Translations under genes and position numbers: made by a program
The notes under the pieces: model-generated
The model's input: only the letters and a program-made list of their open reading frames with translations
What the model was told of the DNA's origin: nothing
The model's database searches: none
Source of the DNA: Guillardia theta CCMP2712
Lineage: Eukaryota > Protista > Cryptophyta
Reading direction: 5' to 3'
Assembly: GCF_000315625.1 (NCBI RefSeq)
Contig: NW_005434613.1
Location: forward strand, 430,809 to 494,808
DNA: 64,000 nucleotides
In this document: positions 43,421-57,258 of the stretch, in pieces
How the letters are laid out: every line of letters begins with the position of its first letter
Numbering within the stretch: the first letter of the stretch is position 1

Positions 43421-45916
43421 ATGTACAGCAGGACGGCAGGTAGGCGAGATTGATATCTATCTACATGGGTAGCTTGAGAGCTTGAGATGAGATCTATCAT
43501 GGAAGATTGATAATATTCCAGCATATGAATGTGGTCCTGACATGGTTCCTTTCGCATTCAGCAGGAACAAAGAGCAGGACATGGTGCGGTGAGATCCTTC
43601 CGACGACGATGGAAACGATGGTATCGCACAGGAGGTGCAACGAAGAAGTTTCCATGGAGACGCGAGCATCCGCTCATCGGTATCTACAACATCCTCACGA
43701 TCTTCCTGTTGTGAAGTGTGTCTGCAGTCGTGTCGCAAGGCTTGTTGGAGCAGGATGTAGTTTGGTCGCCCTGGTGGTTGGGCTGCTGTTGACAGCTGGC
43801 GATCTATCAAGCAGCCATGCTGTCAGTCGTCATAGGGACGCGCTGCTACAGAAGCTCAGCCCCAGTGCTCACCTTGCTCCTGCTGCGCTCGCCGCCGAAC
43901 AGCTATGGAGGACGACCATTGGACGTTTTTTCGACGGGCAACTGCACCCTCCTCCTCCTTCCAAGGCCAAGAGCTATAGGAAGGAGACGAAGCATGATGA
44001 AGACCAGGATGATGTACAGACAGCGCTTGAGGAAGCGTATTCGCCGTCTGAAGATCATGATCCTCACGGAATGCTTCTTCCTTCTGCTGCAGCCGAGCAG
44101 AGCAGGTGGGAGCAGCAGGTGCTGTCGATGCAGCGGGCTCAGCTCAAAGACAACAGCGACATCATGCGGAACGTCGTCCTCCTGCATGCCTCGAAGAAGG
44201 GTCGCGCTGGAGCAGAGAAGAAGGGAGGGAGTGCGGAGGTGAAGCGCTCCGAAGCAGCGACAGGAGCAGGAGCAGCTCGACAGGTTTCATTCAAGCTGGT
44301 GAAGCTGGTTGGAGCAAGGCTGACAGGGGTGACGGTGGTTCAGGCTGACATCAAGAAGCTGGAGGCCAAGGCAAGAGTGGAGGCGCTGGCGAAGGTTCAC
44401 TCTCAAGCAGGAGGAAGCGATACTGTAGGGAGTTGAAATGTTGTGACGTCAGCATTGATCGGCGTCTTACAGGCCCCCGCCCAGCACAAGAAGGCGATCG
44501 GTTCTAACAAGGTGTGTAGAGACTCTAAGAGGTGCTCGACCTGACTGAAGCCTCTGCAGGAAGGGGCAAACGATGCTCATCATGCAGCAAGCAGCGAGCA
44601 TGTTGCTGCTAAGATCGAGGCCAAGTCGAAGACGTCGAAACAGAGCTTGACACGTGCCGCTGTGAAAACTGTATTGAAGAAAGTTTCGCCACCTGCTCCT
44701 GCTGCCAGCAGCATCGCAGGGTCATCGGACTCGGACAGCCGTGCTTTCGTGAGTGTCTTGGTCCTTTGAGGGCTGACAAGCAAGTAACACAACACTTGCC
44801 TCCCCAGCTCTCTGGTTTCTTCGACACTCTTGCTCGCAGAGATGAGGAGAAACACGTCCTGCATCTCTCAAAGTACCCTCGCGTTCAGTAAGTCCTCCTC
44901 CTCCTCCTCATACTGCTCCTCCTGTTCGTCATATTGCTCCTCCTCCTCCTCCTCCTCCTCATACTGCTCCTCCTGTTCGTCATATTGCTCCTCCTCCTCC
45001 TCCTCCTCCTCCTCTTCCCCGTACTGCTCCCATCAAACTCTGACACCCGTTTAGCACTGTTGCTCAGTTCCTCCCGGCTCAGATTGCTCCCCCTCGTCCT
45101 CCATCCTCTGCGTTGAAGCAGATGGAAACCGAAGTGTCATGGCTCAGAAAACGGTAAAAGTCTGAAAAGAAAGGAGGAGGAGGAGGGGGAGAGGAAGAGG
45201 GAGAGGAGGGGAAGGAGGAGGATCATGACGATGATATCAGGGTGGAGGCCTTGCAAGACGCGTTGATCTCTGAGCACAAGGATCTTCACATTCAACAGCA
45301 AAAAGTTTCTGAGCCGACGAAGACAGTGAAGCCTGCACATAACGTCTCCCTTCCTCCCGCCCGCAAGGCCAAGTCGCAAGGAGGTTCGAAGTGTCAGGAG
45401 GTGGGAGGCTTCCTAACGGGATCTGAACCAGCGCGGCTGCTTGTGATGAAGTCTCCTCCTCCCATGGGCTGCCCCATCTTTCCTGCCCCCGGCGAGGCTC
45501 TTCCTGCCAAGTGCTACCAGGTGAGGGAGGAGAGAGGAGAGAGGAGGGAGAAGATAGAGAGGAGCAGGAAAAGGGAGATGGAGGAGGGAGGAGGGAGGAA
45601 GGAGAAGAATGCGGTTCTGAATTCTTGTCCTCCTCCAGTCGATTGCCGGCAGCGAAGTGCTCAAGAGGTCCTCCTCGCAGATGACTGTGAAGTTGAGCAG
45701 GTAGAGGAGGGGAGGGAGGAGAAGGGAAGAGAGGGACGGGGAGGAGGGAAGGTGAGAGGAGGGAGGTGGGGAGGGGGGAAAAGGGATGGCAGGGGGGAGG
45801 AGATGGTGATAAATTCTGCAGATGTGCGGATGGATCGGTTCGTTTTCAGTGTCCGGGCAAGCAGGAGAGCTCGTATGATAGTTTTTGTGAATACGATTGT
45901 TGAGGAATTTCAGTGA
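43421..45916 (+). CDS. Hypothetical membrane-anchored/secreted Ala/Lys-rich protein (multi-exon)
   Basis: Hydrophobic RLVGAGCSLVALVVGLLLTA followed by ALLQKL, then low-complexity exons and a Cys-containing tail (SPPPMGCPIFP...PAKCYQ). Confidence 0.5.
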
Positions 45917-46128
45917 TGACTCTATTGCTGTTGCTGTCCCTTGCCAAGGGCCCCACTGACTTGAGAGATTTCTCTTCAAGTCTCCTTGACGTCGTGAGGG
46001 AACACACGATACAGAAGAGACGGTTTGTTGAAAATGGGAGGAGGAAAGAGGGGGGAGGGGGGGGGGGGGGGGCGGAGGGTAAGTTCGAATCAATTGGATG
46101 ACATTCGAGGAATTTCACGTGTCTGGTG

Positions 46129-48292
46129 TTAAGCTGTGAGGTCCAACGTGTCTTGCCAGCGACAAGTGAAGGAGCGTCTCAGCTCGTCGGTCATGCTAAG
46201 TAGAAGCCCCAGCCCTCCTTCCAACTCCTCACGTTCCACTCCTGCATCTGACCTGAAGCCCAACAGATCAGAAGACATGAAGCAGACGAAAAGGATGGTG
46301 TTGGTGTTGTTGTTGTTGATGATGATGATGATGATGATGAGGAGGAGGAGGAGGAGGAAAGGGAGAAAGGAGAAGGGGGAGGAGAGGACGATGAAGGTGT
46401 GTAAGAGCGTCGATGAGATCTGGATGAGTTTCCTGACCATCTGATCTCCCGCAGTACATGAAAGTCTCATGGTAGTCTTTGTCGACAAACTTCATCATCT
46501 CCGTCAGGAATGAAGAGGAGGGAGAAAGGAGAGGAGAGGGAGGGAGGGAGGGGAGGGAGGGGAGGGAGGGGAGGGAGGGAGCAGAGAGGTGAAGGGAGGT
46601 GCAAGAGAACGTACCTCCTGCAAGAACAGGACCATCGGCCTCACATCTGATCTGCTTCAACATCAGGAAGGGTTAGGAAGACGTGTGCCACCGTCACAGG
46701 GCACCTGATAGGAGGACCAGAATCGTCCTCAAGGTCGAGACAGAGCTGTCGTTGTACCTCCATTCTGCCGACATCCACGAGCAGCAAGCACTGAGATACG
46801 ATGAACGCACAGCAGGGGAGAGGAGACGGGCTCGTACCCCCGTCGCTCCGCAGCAGAGGAGGGGTCGACCTAGCGTGCGAGGGTTGGGCACGAACTCGAG
46901 GGAGTGTAGAGTTCGGTTAAGATGGAGATCCTGGGAAGGTGTCAGAGAGCAGCAGACTAAACTCGTTCCTCTTACTTTGATTCTTGACCAAGTTGTCATG
47001 TTGTAGAAGACAAGCTTGTTCCTGTCCGCCCCAACGCATCTTCAACAAGCCCGTCACGACTCTCTCCTTTTCGTTGCAGACCACATACAGGATGTCATCG
47101 GAGCACGTCAGGTGCGATATCTCCGCACTTGCATCTTGCACTACGACCCGAGAGACCATCGCGTCCACGTCAATGCAGTGAACCTGTTCCTCCTCTCAGC
47201 CACACGCAGCAGTAGCGGCACGAGACCTGGCTCCCCACACTAGCCACCAGGCACTCCTGCTGCCTGACCCGAGCAAGCTGCATGCAGCTGATGGGCGACA
47301 AAGTGACTGCACAAGCAGTGAGGGGGCGGCAGAGGCGGCAAGGAGCTTGCCAGCAGCTTCTTCTAGCAGGTCCTCCCCTCCTTGTCTCTCCCCTGACTTC
47401 ACCCGCCATCGCTTGATGCTGCCGTCGGATGAGGCCGTGAAGAACCGGCTGCTTCCCTGCTGCCGCACCATTCCCGTCACTCGCCCGGCGTGAGCTTGAA
47501 GTTTCTGAGAGATGAGACGAGGAATGGTCAAGCGAGAGCAGAGGGAGGGAGGGGCGATGAGGGTGAGGAAGAAGTACGCGAGGAGGGAGGGGAAGGGAGG
47601 AGGAGAGGAGGAGAGGAGGAGAGGAGGAGAGGAGGAGAGGAGGAGAGGAGGAGATCTACCTTGCGACATCGCGATGTCTTGATGGACCATACCTTCATCT
47701 CACCACTGGAAGACACGCTGACAAGCATATCCTCGATCGCCTAGTTTGTTGTGAACAAGCAGTCGAAACAGCAGTGAAGGCTCACCAGCAGGCCTCCAAC
47801 CGGATCTCGATGCGCCTGGTACTCATGTACCTTGTCCCAACTGTGATGCATGGATTCTTCTTCCTCTTGATCTCCATCAACATGAACATCATCTTCGCTG
47901 TTTTCTTGACAACAAGTCAGTTTGCAGTCCTGGAGTTTGCGGTCCTGGGAGACGTGGGGAGTACCTGGAGTAGAGTATTCCTTGGTGCAGTAGTACGGGT
48001 ACTTAGAGCGTCCTCGCTTCCACTCCATCTCTACCACCTCCCCTGTCTCCTTTCCCAGAAACAGCTGAGTGCCGTTGGCTGCCATCGCTGTCACACCAAG
48101 ATTCGTTCTCCCTCCTCGCAAGCGAGGTCCCATGCACTCGCTGCCCCCTCTCCTACAGGCTCCTCCTCCTCCTCCTCCTCCTCCTCCTCCTCCTCCTCCT
48201 CCTCTCAGCACGCTGCTTCCTCCTGCTCTGTCCCAGCCTTCGGCATCCGCCGCCATAGCAAGCGCTGCCGCCACCATGGCCAGAATCCGCAT
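46129..48292 (-). CDS. WD40-repeat protein with signal peptide and LRGG leader motif
   Basis: MRILAMVAAALAMAADA signal; RLRGG at 48110-48124; WD40-like QAHRDPVGGL...LVSVSSSGEMKVWS and QAHAGRVTGM...FFTASSDGSIKRW. Confidence 0.7.
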
Positions 48293-48573
48293 GTCGTAGC
48301 CAGGAGATGTGAAGGAATGAGGTCGAAGGGGTCATGTGGAGCATCGAAAGGGGATTGGAGGGGGTGGGGTGGATAATGCGACCAGTGGTGACAATGCGGA
48401 TTTCGAGATGGAGGCGTAGTTTGTGATGGCGGTGGAGGTGATGAGAGAGCGAGAGACAGACAGTCTTGTGATGGAAGACGAGGAGATGTACAAAGAGATG
48501 AGATGGCAAGAAGATCTCTCTCCATGATGATGTCGTGGAAGCAAGGCAATCAAGGGGGAAATCAAACAATCTG

Positions 48574-49769
48574 ATGTACATGGCGGCGAAGAAGTTTGTT
48601 TCCTGCTTGTTGATAGCATGGACTAGTATACCCCAGCAAGAAGGAACAGTTGAGAGAATCTCTCAAACTTCAGAGAGCTCTCCAGCTAGATGCCATCTCT
48701 TGAACTTGCGCGGAGGAGCGGCGGTGATGACTGAGTTCGATGCTCTCGCCAAGAAACTCAGAGGGAATTTCACCTCCTGTTGCTCTTCTCCCCTGAATAT
48801 GCTCGACAGGGTGGCAAAATCGTACAAGAAGAAGATGAAGTTGAGGAAGAAGGAGAAGAAGGAGAAGAAATCACAGACGAGAATCGAGATCTTTGACGAG
48901 CTGCAGGTATTTCATAGTGCAGACAAAGTCGGTTGTCAAGATGACATTCAAGACCAGGTCAAGCATGATGTGCATCAGATGCTCCATGATGTGCATGCCA
49001 TGTTGAAGACAAACGGGACGCTGTTGCAAGTAGCTTTCCTAGCTGCTTTGTCTCTCCACTGACCGGAGCAGAGTCAGCAAATTTCCGGCATCCTCCGTTC
49101 TCTGGAGGCTCTCCCTCCCCTACATGCAGCAGCTGCTGATCTTGTACTCTTCTTTCTTCCTTCTTCCTTCCTCCTTTACCCCTTGCTTCGCTTCTCGTCC
49201 TCGCTGACCTCTTCCTTCGCTTCTCCTCCCTTACCCTTACCTCTCCCTTTGTGCCTCCTTCTCCCTCCCTGACCTCCCGCAGCTCCAGCTCATCCTCTCT
49301 CATCGATCCCGACGACCTCTCCTCCTCCCGGTCGCAGATGTCGCTTGCTCCGACGGTCGACTGAATCAAGAGCTGCAGATGCTGTTCGCCTCTGCCAGAC
49401 TTGTCGCCGCCATGCGCCCTCCTCCTCCGACCCTCCTGTCTATACTCGCTCCTCGGCTTGTCTCTCGACTTTCGTCAGGTAGTGACGTGAAATAGGGAGG
49501 AAACGCAACTATCGTCGTCCTCGTCCTCGTCCTTGTCCTCGTCCTCGTCCTCGTCCTCCTCGTCCTCCTCGTCCTCCTCGTCCTCCTCGTCCTCCTCGTC
49601 CTCCTCGCGCTCGTCGTCCTCTTTCTCCTCTACTTCTCTACCTCTATCTCTTTCTGCTCTCATCTGTCTGATCACGATTGAGAGAATCAACTGAATGTGA
49701 TGCGTCTGCTTCAGAGAACGTGACTATCAGCCCTCGAGAGCTTATGAGGACTGCAGTCTTGTTTCAAAG

Positions 49770-49805
<36 letters not shown>

Positions 49806-52800
49806 CTCGTCCTCCTCGTCCTCCTCGTACTTCTCCTCTTCCCTCTGCGCTGCTCCTTCTGCTCCCCCTTCCTCTCTGCTCTCGTAGAGATAACAAGATG
49901 TGCAGTCGAGGCAAAAGTCACTCTAAGCTCTTCCTCCTGCTCGAGCAGCAGTCACTCAGTCTTGGCCTCTCTGCCTTCTCCCCGCGTCTCTTCATGCGCC
50001 TGGTGTTCGCCATGGCCGAGGGCAAGCAAGGGTCGCCCACGTTCTGGGCCTCTGTGCGTGATCGAGCAAGGAAGATGGCGGTGGAGGGGGAGGGAGCGGA
50101 CGACGTCGCGAGATTCGTGCGAGGAGAGTTTGGGTTCTCCTCCTCCTCACCCTCCCTCAGGCCTGGGCCCTCGGTGTGCGGGGGATCCTCGAGGCCGAGC
50201 CCTTGTGGAGGATGGAGGCGAAGCTGAAGGAGGCGGAGACTGTGAAGAGACTGAGCACACAGGTGAGGCAGGAGGAGGGGAGAGAAGGGCATGGGGGAGG
50301 CGAGAGGGAGGAGGGGCAGGGCAAGAGGAGGCAGCGGTAGGGGTTGCAGGGGAGTGACTCCCGTCAGGCTTGGGCGAAGCTGCTGTGGCTGGTGGCCTCC
50401 TCCCGCAAAGTTTCTCCTGCTCTCGTCGTGTCCTCTCTGCTGCCTGCGACGCTGGGAGGAGCGAAGTTCAGCTCGAAGCTCTCAGCGGAGGTGAAGATGG
50501 GAGGGCTTGGCGGGAGGCTGAGGAGGACGAGCAGGAGCTTGTCAGCGCCGCATGGTCTCTGCAGCAGGTGCTGGAGAGGAAGCAGAGGAGCGAGAAGATG
50601 CAGGAGTGTGCGAAGATCCTGCGAGCAGAGGTGAGTCAGACAAAGCGAAGCAGTTGAGATGGAAGGAGGAGCAGGAGGAGCAGGAGGAGAGGGCGAGCCT
50701 GAGCTTGTTCTTCAGGTTCTGTCGCGTCCTCCGGCCTCTTGCGGCTGGTCTGAGCAGCAGCTGTTTTCCCTCACCAGGAGCATGGCAAACCTCAAAGTCC
50801 TCGACTTGGACAGCCTGCAGCACTTGTACTCCTGCCTGCTGTCCGCCCAGCACAGGGAGGAGAAGATGAATCTGAAGCAGGTGAAAAAAAGAGAGCGTCT
50901 CTCCTCCTTCTCGTTTCTCGACCATTCTCGCTCTCCTCCCTCCCCTTTCTCCTCCTCGCTCTCCTCCCTCCCCTTTCTCCTCCTCGCTCTCCTCCCTCCC
51001 CTTTCTCCTCCTCGCTCTCCTCCCTCCCCTTTCTCCTCCTCGCTCTCCTCCCTCCCCTTTCTCCTCCTCGCTCTCCTCCCTCCCCTTTCTCCTCCTCGCT
51101 CTCCTCCCTCCCCTTTCTCCTCCTCGCTCTCCTCCCTCCCCTTCCTCCTCCTCAGCCTGTCCAACAGATGCAAGACCTCATGCAGGAGGTCGCCAAACTT
51201 TCTCTTCCTCTCTGCCCCGGGGGTCCCGTGCAAGCCTTGTTCAATCACTTAACTGCAAAGGTCTCAAATTCTTGTCTCGCTGCGTTGCTCCTTGCTGGTG
51301 CTGGTGGTGCTGGTGCTGGTGGTGCTGGTGGTGCTGGTGCTGGTGGTGCTGGTGCTGGTGGTGCTGGTGGTGCTGGTGCTGGTGCTGGTGCTGGTGCTGG
51401 TGCTGGTGCTGGTGCTGGTGCTGGTGCTGGTGGTGCTGGTGCTGGTGCTGGTGCTGGTGCTGGTGCTGGTGGTGCTGGTGCTGGTGGTGCTGGTGCTGGT
51501 GCTGGTGCTGGTGCTGGTGCTGGTGCTGGTGCTGGTGCTGGTGCTGGTGGAGCTTCTTGTAGTCTATCTCTCACTATCCTCTAAGGTTTTGGCTCGCCCC
51601 TCGAACGAGTTCGGGTTTCGCTACCTCACCCCCATGTTGTGGTCCTGCGCCAAGTGCCAAGTGCTGTCTCGGGTGTGTCAGGAGGAGGAGGGAGAGTGAG
51701 GGGAAGATCGGGATGGTGGTGGAGAGGGCAGTAGCAGCGAGAAGGGAGGAATGGAAGAGAGAGGGCAGATGAGATGGATGGGAGGACGACAAGGGAGGGA
51801 AGAGGAGGAGGAGGGAGGGAGGGAGGTGAAGAGACGAAGGAGGAGTTTGATGTGTGATGTAGGAGCTGGTGGAAGCAGTCAATGACAGGTTCAGGAGGAA
51901 AGAAGTCCCCATGCCCAAGCCGTCAGTCATGGCCACCATTGCCTGGTCCCTCTCAAGATCTGAATTCCTGGTGGGGAGGGGAAGGGGAAGGGGAAGGGGA
52001 AGAGGAGGAGGGAATATGTAGGAGGAGCAGGGGTAGGAAGGGCTGACACGAGCTTCAGTTGTTTGCTTCCGAGGCCTTCAACTTCATAGCTCAGTCTATC
52101 ACCAGCGCACAGCTCCTTCACTGCACCTCACAGGTACCGCATGCTCCTCTCCCTCCTCCTCTCATCCTCTCTCAGGACGTCGCCAACCTCGTCTGGGCGC
52201 TCGCCCGCAGCTCGCTCGTCCCTCCCACTCATCGCTTCTGGCGAGGTACAGAGAAGTAGCTCTGGTGCTAGTGCTGCTGCTGTTTCTGCTGGTGCTGCTG
52301 GTGCTGCTGCTGCTTCCCTCTATCTTATTCTCTCGATCTTTCGCGCTAACTTGTAATCAGATGTGGAGCAACATCTTCAGGGAGACTTGTCGAGGTCAGC
52401 AGCAGCCCAGCTCCTTCCATCTCAAACGCTCCTCCCTCTAACTCTCCCGCGTCTTCCCTCTCCTCCCCTTCCCCCCCTCTCCCTCTCTCTTCCATCTCTT
52501 CACCTGCTTGTCTCCCTGTCTTCTCTCCCTCATACGCAGCAGGTTCAACGTGCAGGAGCTCGCAAACCTCGCCATGGCAGGCGCCATCCTCGTCTGCGGG
52601 GGAGCAACACCGCTAGCATGGGGAGGAGTGCTCCGCTGCTCACTTGCGCGCGTCGAGCAACTCGGAGAAAGAGAGGCTGCGCAGGTATAGGAGGAGGAGG
52701 AGGAGGAGGAGGAGGAGGAGGAGGAGGAGGAGGAGGAGGAGGAGGAGGGCGACGGCTGAACTCCTACAGGTTGCGATGCTCCACCTGGCAAGCTTACCCG

Positions 52801-54140
52801 ATGGAGGCTCGGAGCTCTCCCTCCCTCCCTCTCTTGCTTCTCGCATGCCGGGGATCCAGGGGAGGACGAGATCGTCTGCCTTACACTACGAGGTCGAACC
52901 CTCAACTCCCCCTCCCCCTTACCCTCCCCCCCGTCTCCCCACCCTCCCTCTCTTCCTCTTCCTCCCCTTCCTGCTTGTCAGACGGTGGAGCAGGTGGAGG
53001 AGAAGCTGCGTCTTGTTCCTCTGGCCTTCAGATGTGAAGTACCGGTGCTCTCCGGGCTCTACGTGGTGGATCTTGTTGTCGATATGGACGGGACGAGGAT
53101 CGCGCTTGAGGTGAGGGAGGAGGAGAGGAGTGAGACCTGTTGTGATAGAGAGAGAATGATGGCTGCATCTGTCGTTGTGAATGATGAGGATGGTGTTGGT
53201 GGTGATGAAGATGTGTATGTTGTTGTTGTTGATGGTGGTGATGAAGATGTGTATGTTGTTGTTGATGATGGTGATGGTGGTGATGAAGATGTGTATGTTG
53301 TTGTTGTTGATGGTGATGGTGGTGAACAAGATGATGTGGATAATGAGGAGGAGCTCAGAGGCGAGCAGGTCGACGGGCCCTCGCACTTTCTCCTTTGTCC
53401 GCCGGAAGCAGCGACCTCAGACGCCCTGCTGTTGCATGGCGACCTGTGGGTCCCGACAGCAGCAACTCGTCTTAAGAGGTACCTGCTGAAGAAGGAGGTA
53501 ACCGGCCCGAGTGACCTCCAAGAGCTGACGGGCTGCAAGGGATTCGTGCTCGTTTCCGTCCCGTCCATGGAGTGGGAGACAGATCTCGTACGAAGGTTCC
53601 ACCTACTCTCCGTCCACATTATCTCCTCCTACTGCCTTCTACCTGCTGCCTGCTGCCTGCTGCCTGCTGCCTGCTGCCTGCTGCCTGCTGCCTGCTGCCT
53701 GCTGCTGCTCTGCCGTGCTGTCATGCTGTTCCTCTCCTGCTCTCTTCTCCCATTCCCCTAACTGAAGAGCAGCAACGCGACATGCTGGCTCAAGGAAAAG
53801 CTCGAAGCTGCCGTCAGAGCCTCGGTGAGAAGAGGTTGTTGTGCTGTGGCTGAAGAATGAAGCAATAGCAGAGGCAGGGGCAGGTCCAGAGGCAGCAGAA
53901 AGAGTTGGGGCAGCAGGTTGGGGGAAAGAAGCGAAAACAAGTTTGAGGAAGGGGGAGAGAGAGAGGCAACAAAAACAAGAGTTGTGGAAGAAGCAAAGAG
54001 TTCAAGGTTGCAACGCCTGTGTGGAGAAGAAACCCTCAGCGACTTTGATCTCGTCTTACTCACTAACTCCCAAACATTCTCAGCATATCACGACTTGTCG
54101 TCCTCCAGTGCTGCCCCTACCAACCCTCCTCATCCTCTAA
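48574..54140 (+). CDS. RAP-domain / octotricopeptide(FASTK)-like helical repeat RNA-binding protein (multi-exon)
   Basis: Repeats SQDVANLVWALAR, FNVQELANLAMA, LTPMLWSCAK, MATIAWSLSR. C-terminal RAP: YVVDLVV...IALE|VDGPSHF...ATRLKRYLLKKE|GFVLVSVPSMEW. Confidence 0.8.
50925..51150. repeat. Intronic pyrimidine-rich tandem repeat (~3 units)
   Basis: CTCGCTCTCCTCCCTCCCCTTTCTCCTC-based higher-order repeat. Confidence 0.75.
51293..51550. repeat. (GGTGCT)n/(GGT) mixed microsatellite, intronic
   Basis: Read directly; source of the spurious WC/GA/VL ORFs. Confidence 0.9.
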
Positions 54141-54320
54141 TCGTCTCTTAGTAGAACTGCCCTCCTTGAGTCATGTTGCACTGCAGAAAGATCAGAATGA
54201 ACCTTTACCTTCTCCTCCCTCACCTCATTCGAGTAAGGGCCGCAGTCAAGGATCTACAACACAAACATTAACTCCCCACCTCCTCTTCTCATCCTCTTCT
54301 TCATCCTCACCGGTCTTGGC

Positions 54321-54675
54321 ATGTCTTCGCCGGTGTCGCCAGAGCTTGATGGCGTCATGTCGGAGAGTGAGATCTGTCAAATGAGAGTGAGTGAGGGGCG
54401 GATCTCAGGAGGGATGCCGGGCAACGGGAGCACATGAGATTGCGCTACGAAAGCACGAGGCGATGGAGCTGATATGCAAGGAAGAGAACTACAACAGCAG
54501 GAGGTAGGGGAGGCGAAGTAGGAGCAAGAGCAGGAGAGCAGGAGCAGGAGCAGGAGCAGGAGCAGAAGAGCAGGAGCAGGAGGAGGGAGGAGGAGGTGGT
54601 GGTGGTGGAGGAGGATGAAGGGGGGGAGGGGAGGGGGAGCAGGAGAGCAGGAGTAGGAGATCAGGAGCAGGAGAT

Positions 54676-54756
<81 letters not shown>

Positions 54757-55031
54757 AAGAGCAGGAGTAGGAGAGCAGGAGCAGGAGCAGCATCACCATC
54801 GGTGTTCTTAGCAGTTGAAGCAGCATGGCGGATGTCCCTTGGAGAACTGGGCAAGGGCAGAGCGGGGATGAGGGTAAAATTGAGTAGGTTATGAGATGGC
54901 AATGAGGGGGATGAGTGGGATATGAGGGGGATGATTCCCTCATTTCAGTTTGACAACCGGAACGAACGCTATGAACAAGGTCAGGTGATGGTGGTGGTGG
55001 TGGTGGTGGTGATGACGATGACGACGACGAC

Positions 55032-55065
<34 letters not shown>

Positions 55066-55114
55066 AAGAAGAAGAAGAAGAAGAAGAGATGATGAAGATG
55101 ATGACGATGATGAC

Positions 55115-55167
<53 letters not shown>

Positions 55168-55169
55168 GG

Positions 55170-55200
<31 letters not shown>

Positions 55201-55222
55201 TGACGATGATGATGATGATGAC

Positions 55223-55272
<50 letters not shown>

Positions 55273-55303
55273 CGATGATGATGATGATGATGATGATGAC
55301 GAC

Positions 55304-55368
<65 letters not shown>

Positions 55369-55488
55369 TGACGATGACGATGACGATGATGACGATGATG
55401 ACGACGATGATGACGATGATGATGATGATGACGATGATGATAGAGATGATGATGACGATGATGATGATGATGATGATGGAGATGATGA

Positions 55489-55522
<34 letters not shown>

Positions 55523-56918
55523 GATGATGATGATGGGCCTGCTCGCTGAAAAGTTGATGGCCTACGGTGCCACGGTGCAGCATGGCGCCCATCTGTTCAA
55601 ATGATTGTTTTCTTCTTTCAGCTGCTACAGGAGCTCACGGGTCAGCTCTACGACAAAGTTAGAGCAGATGTGAGGGCTGAGGAAGAGAGAGACATCCTGC
55701 TGATGAGAGACAGGTTGTGTTGCTGAGCCTGTCTCGCTCGATGATCACGGTCTTCTTACAGGGTCATCCTTGCAGAACGGGAGTTCCGGCAGGACATTTG
55801 TAGGAATGAGCAGGAAGATCATGCGCCTTCCCGGATGCGAGTGGGGCTGCAGGAGGGGAGGAGAAGAGTGGCAACGACCTGCGCGTGGCACTTCACCCCG
55901 AGCTACGAGGGGCGGCCGATGAGGGAGCTCTGTATTGAGCATGCGACGAAAAGGATTAGGATAGAGATGCCGAGAAGATCTCGAGGATGGTGAGGAGACA
56001 GACAGAAGAGGAACAGGACGTTCACTGGTGTGCGAACAGGTTCCTGTTCTCGTTCCTGCCTTCCAAGACCAAGAGGAATCATTCTTTCTCTCACTTCGTC
56101 TGCTATGTCATCACCCTTCGCCCTTGGCTGCTCTGCTCTGACTTGCTGCGAAGATGGATGGTTCGGTTCAAGACGTGTCAGAGAGCAAGTCCAGCCTTCT
56201 TCTGTTCCAGACAGCAGGCGACTGGTGCGGTCAAACATCTTCTCACCTCTTCCTGACATGCTCTAGGGGGAGGCGGCTGGACCATCAAGAACCTCCTCCC
56301 TCTGCCTGCCAGTTGGATGCCTTGCCCAGAGATCGATTCCTGCAAGTAGAAGCAGCTCAGGGGAAGCAGAAGGTCGTCGGAGCAGTGGGTTGGATCTTCT
56401 CGGAGAGAGGAAGGCAAGTCTTGCAACCAGATTGCCTCGTAAGTCTTACTGGCCGTCAGGTGCATGGAAGGGAGGTGGAAGGAGCAAGGGGTGCAGGCAG
56501 AGCAGCTCTTGCTGACGCAGCGAGGGTTCGTGTTCCTCGGGAGAAGACGAGCGGTGAGAAGGGAGGGAGAGAGGGAAAGAGGGAGGGTGGGAGGGAACGA
56601 GCGAGGGAGAGAGGGAGAGAGGGAGAGAGGGAGAGAGGGAGAGTGGGAGGGAGCGAGCGAGGGAGAGAGGCAGCGAGCGAGGGAGAGAGCGAGAGAGCGA
56701 GGGAGGGAGGGAGGAGCAGGAGGAGCAGGAGGAGCAGGAGGAGCAGGAGGAGCAGGAGGTCGTATATTTGTATATTGATGATGCTCAAGGTTGTATGCGA
56801 GGACGGTGAGTGGTGTCACCTAGACGTGGACTCGGCTCGAATCTTGATGGAGGAGGAGACGGAGGACGACTTGGAGCAGGAACGGGAGGCACGAGGAGCT
56901 GGGCTGGCTGACAGATAA
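54321..56918 (+). CDS. Hypothetical multi-exon protein
   Basis: Exon-like pieces (FLAVEAAWRMSLGELGK; LLQELTGQLYDKVRADV; VHWCANRFLFSFLP; VVCEDGEWCHLDVDSARILMEEE...LADR-TAA). No recognised domain. Confidence 0.4.
54985..55535. repeat. ~550-bp (GAT/GAC)n trinucleotide tract, intronic
   Basis: Read directly; source of the poly-His/Met ORFs. Confidence 0.9.
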
Positions 56919-57108
56919 GGGAACGAGCACGAACTTGGTTCTTAAAGCTGCGTACTGGTGGTGACTGCAGGTTTCTACTTGATGTCGAACATTATCTCAG
57001 CGCATGAGATTGAGATGGAATGTGCATGTACTCAGACTTTTACATGTCAGATTCACAGCTCAATCGCCGGACCCCGTGCACTACCGTACCTGTCCTTGCA
57101 CGTGCCCA

Positions 57109-57204
57109 TCACGTCTTCCTCCGTTTAGCTCGGGACATCTCTGACAACATACTGTCACAGCTTTTAGCGAGCTGACCAAAACTTTCGTCGTCGTCGTCTT
57201 TGTG

Positions 57205-57258
<54 letters not shown>

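Noticed and set aside
51168-51699. Silk-like GA or WC repeat ORFs
   Set aside because: Intronic (GGTGCT)n tract between exons of the RAP-domain gene.
54981-55604. Poly-His/poly-Met ORFs as metal-binding proteins
   Set aside because: The (GAT)n tract lies in an apparent intron; no unique coding sequence.
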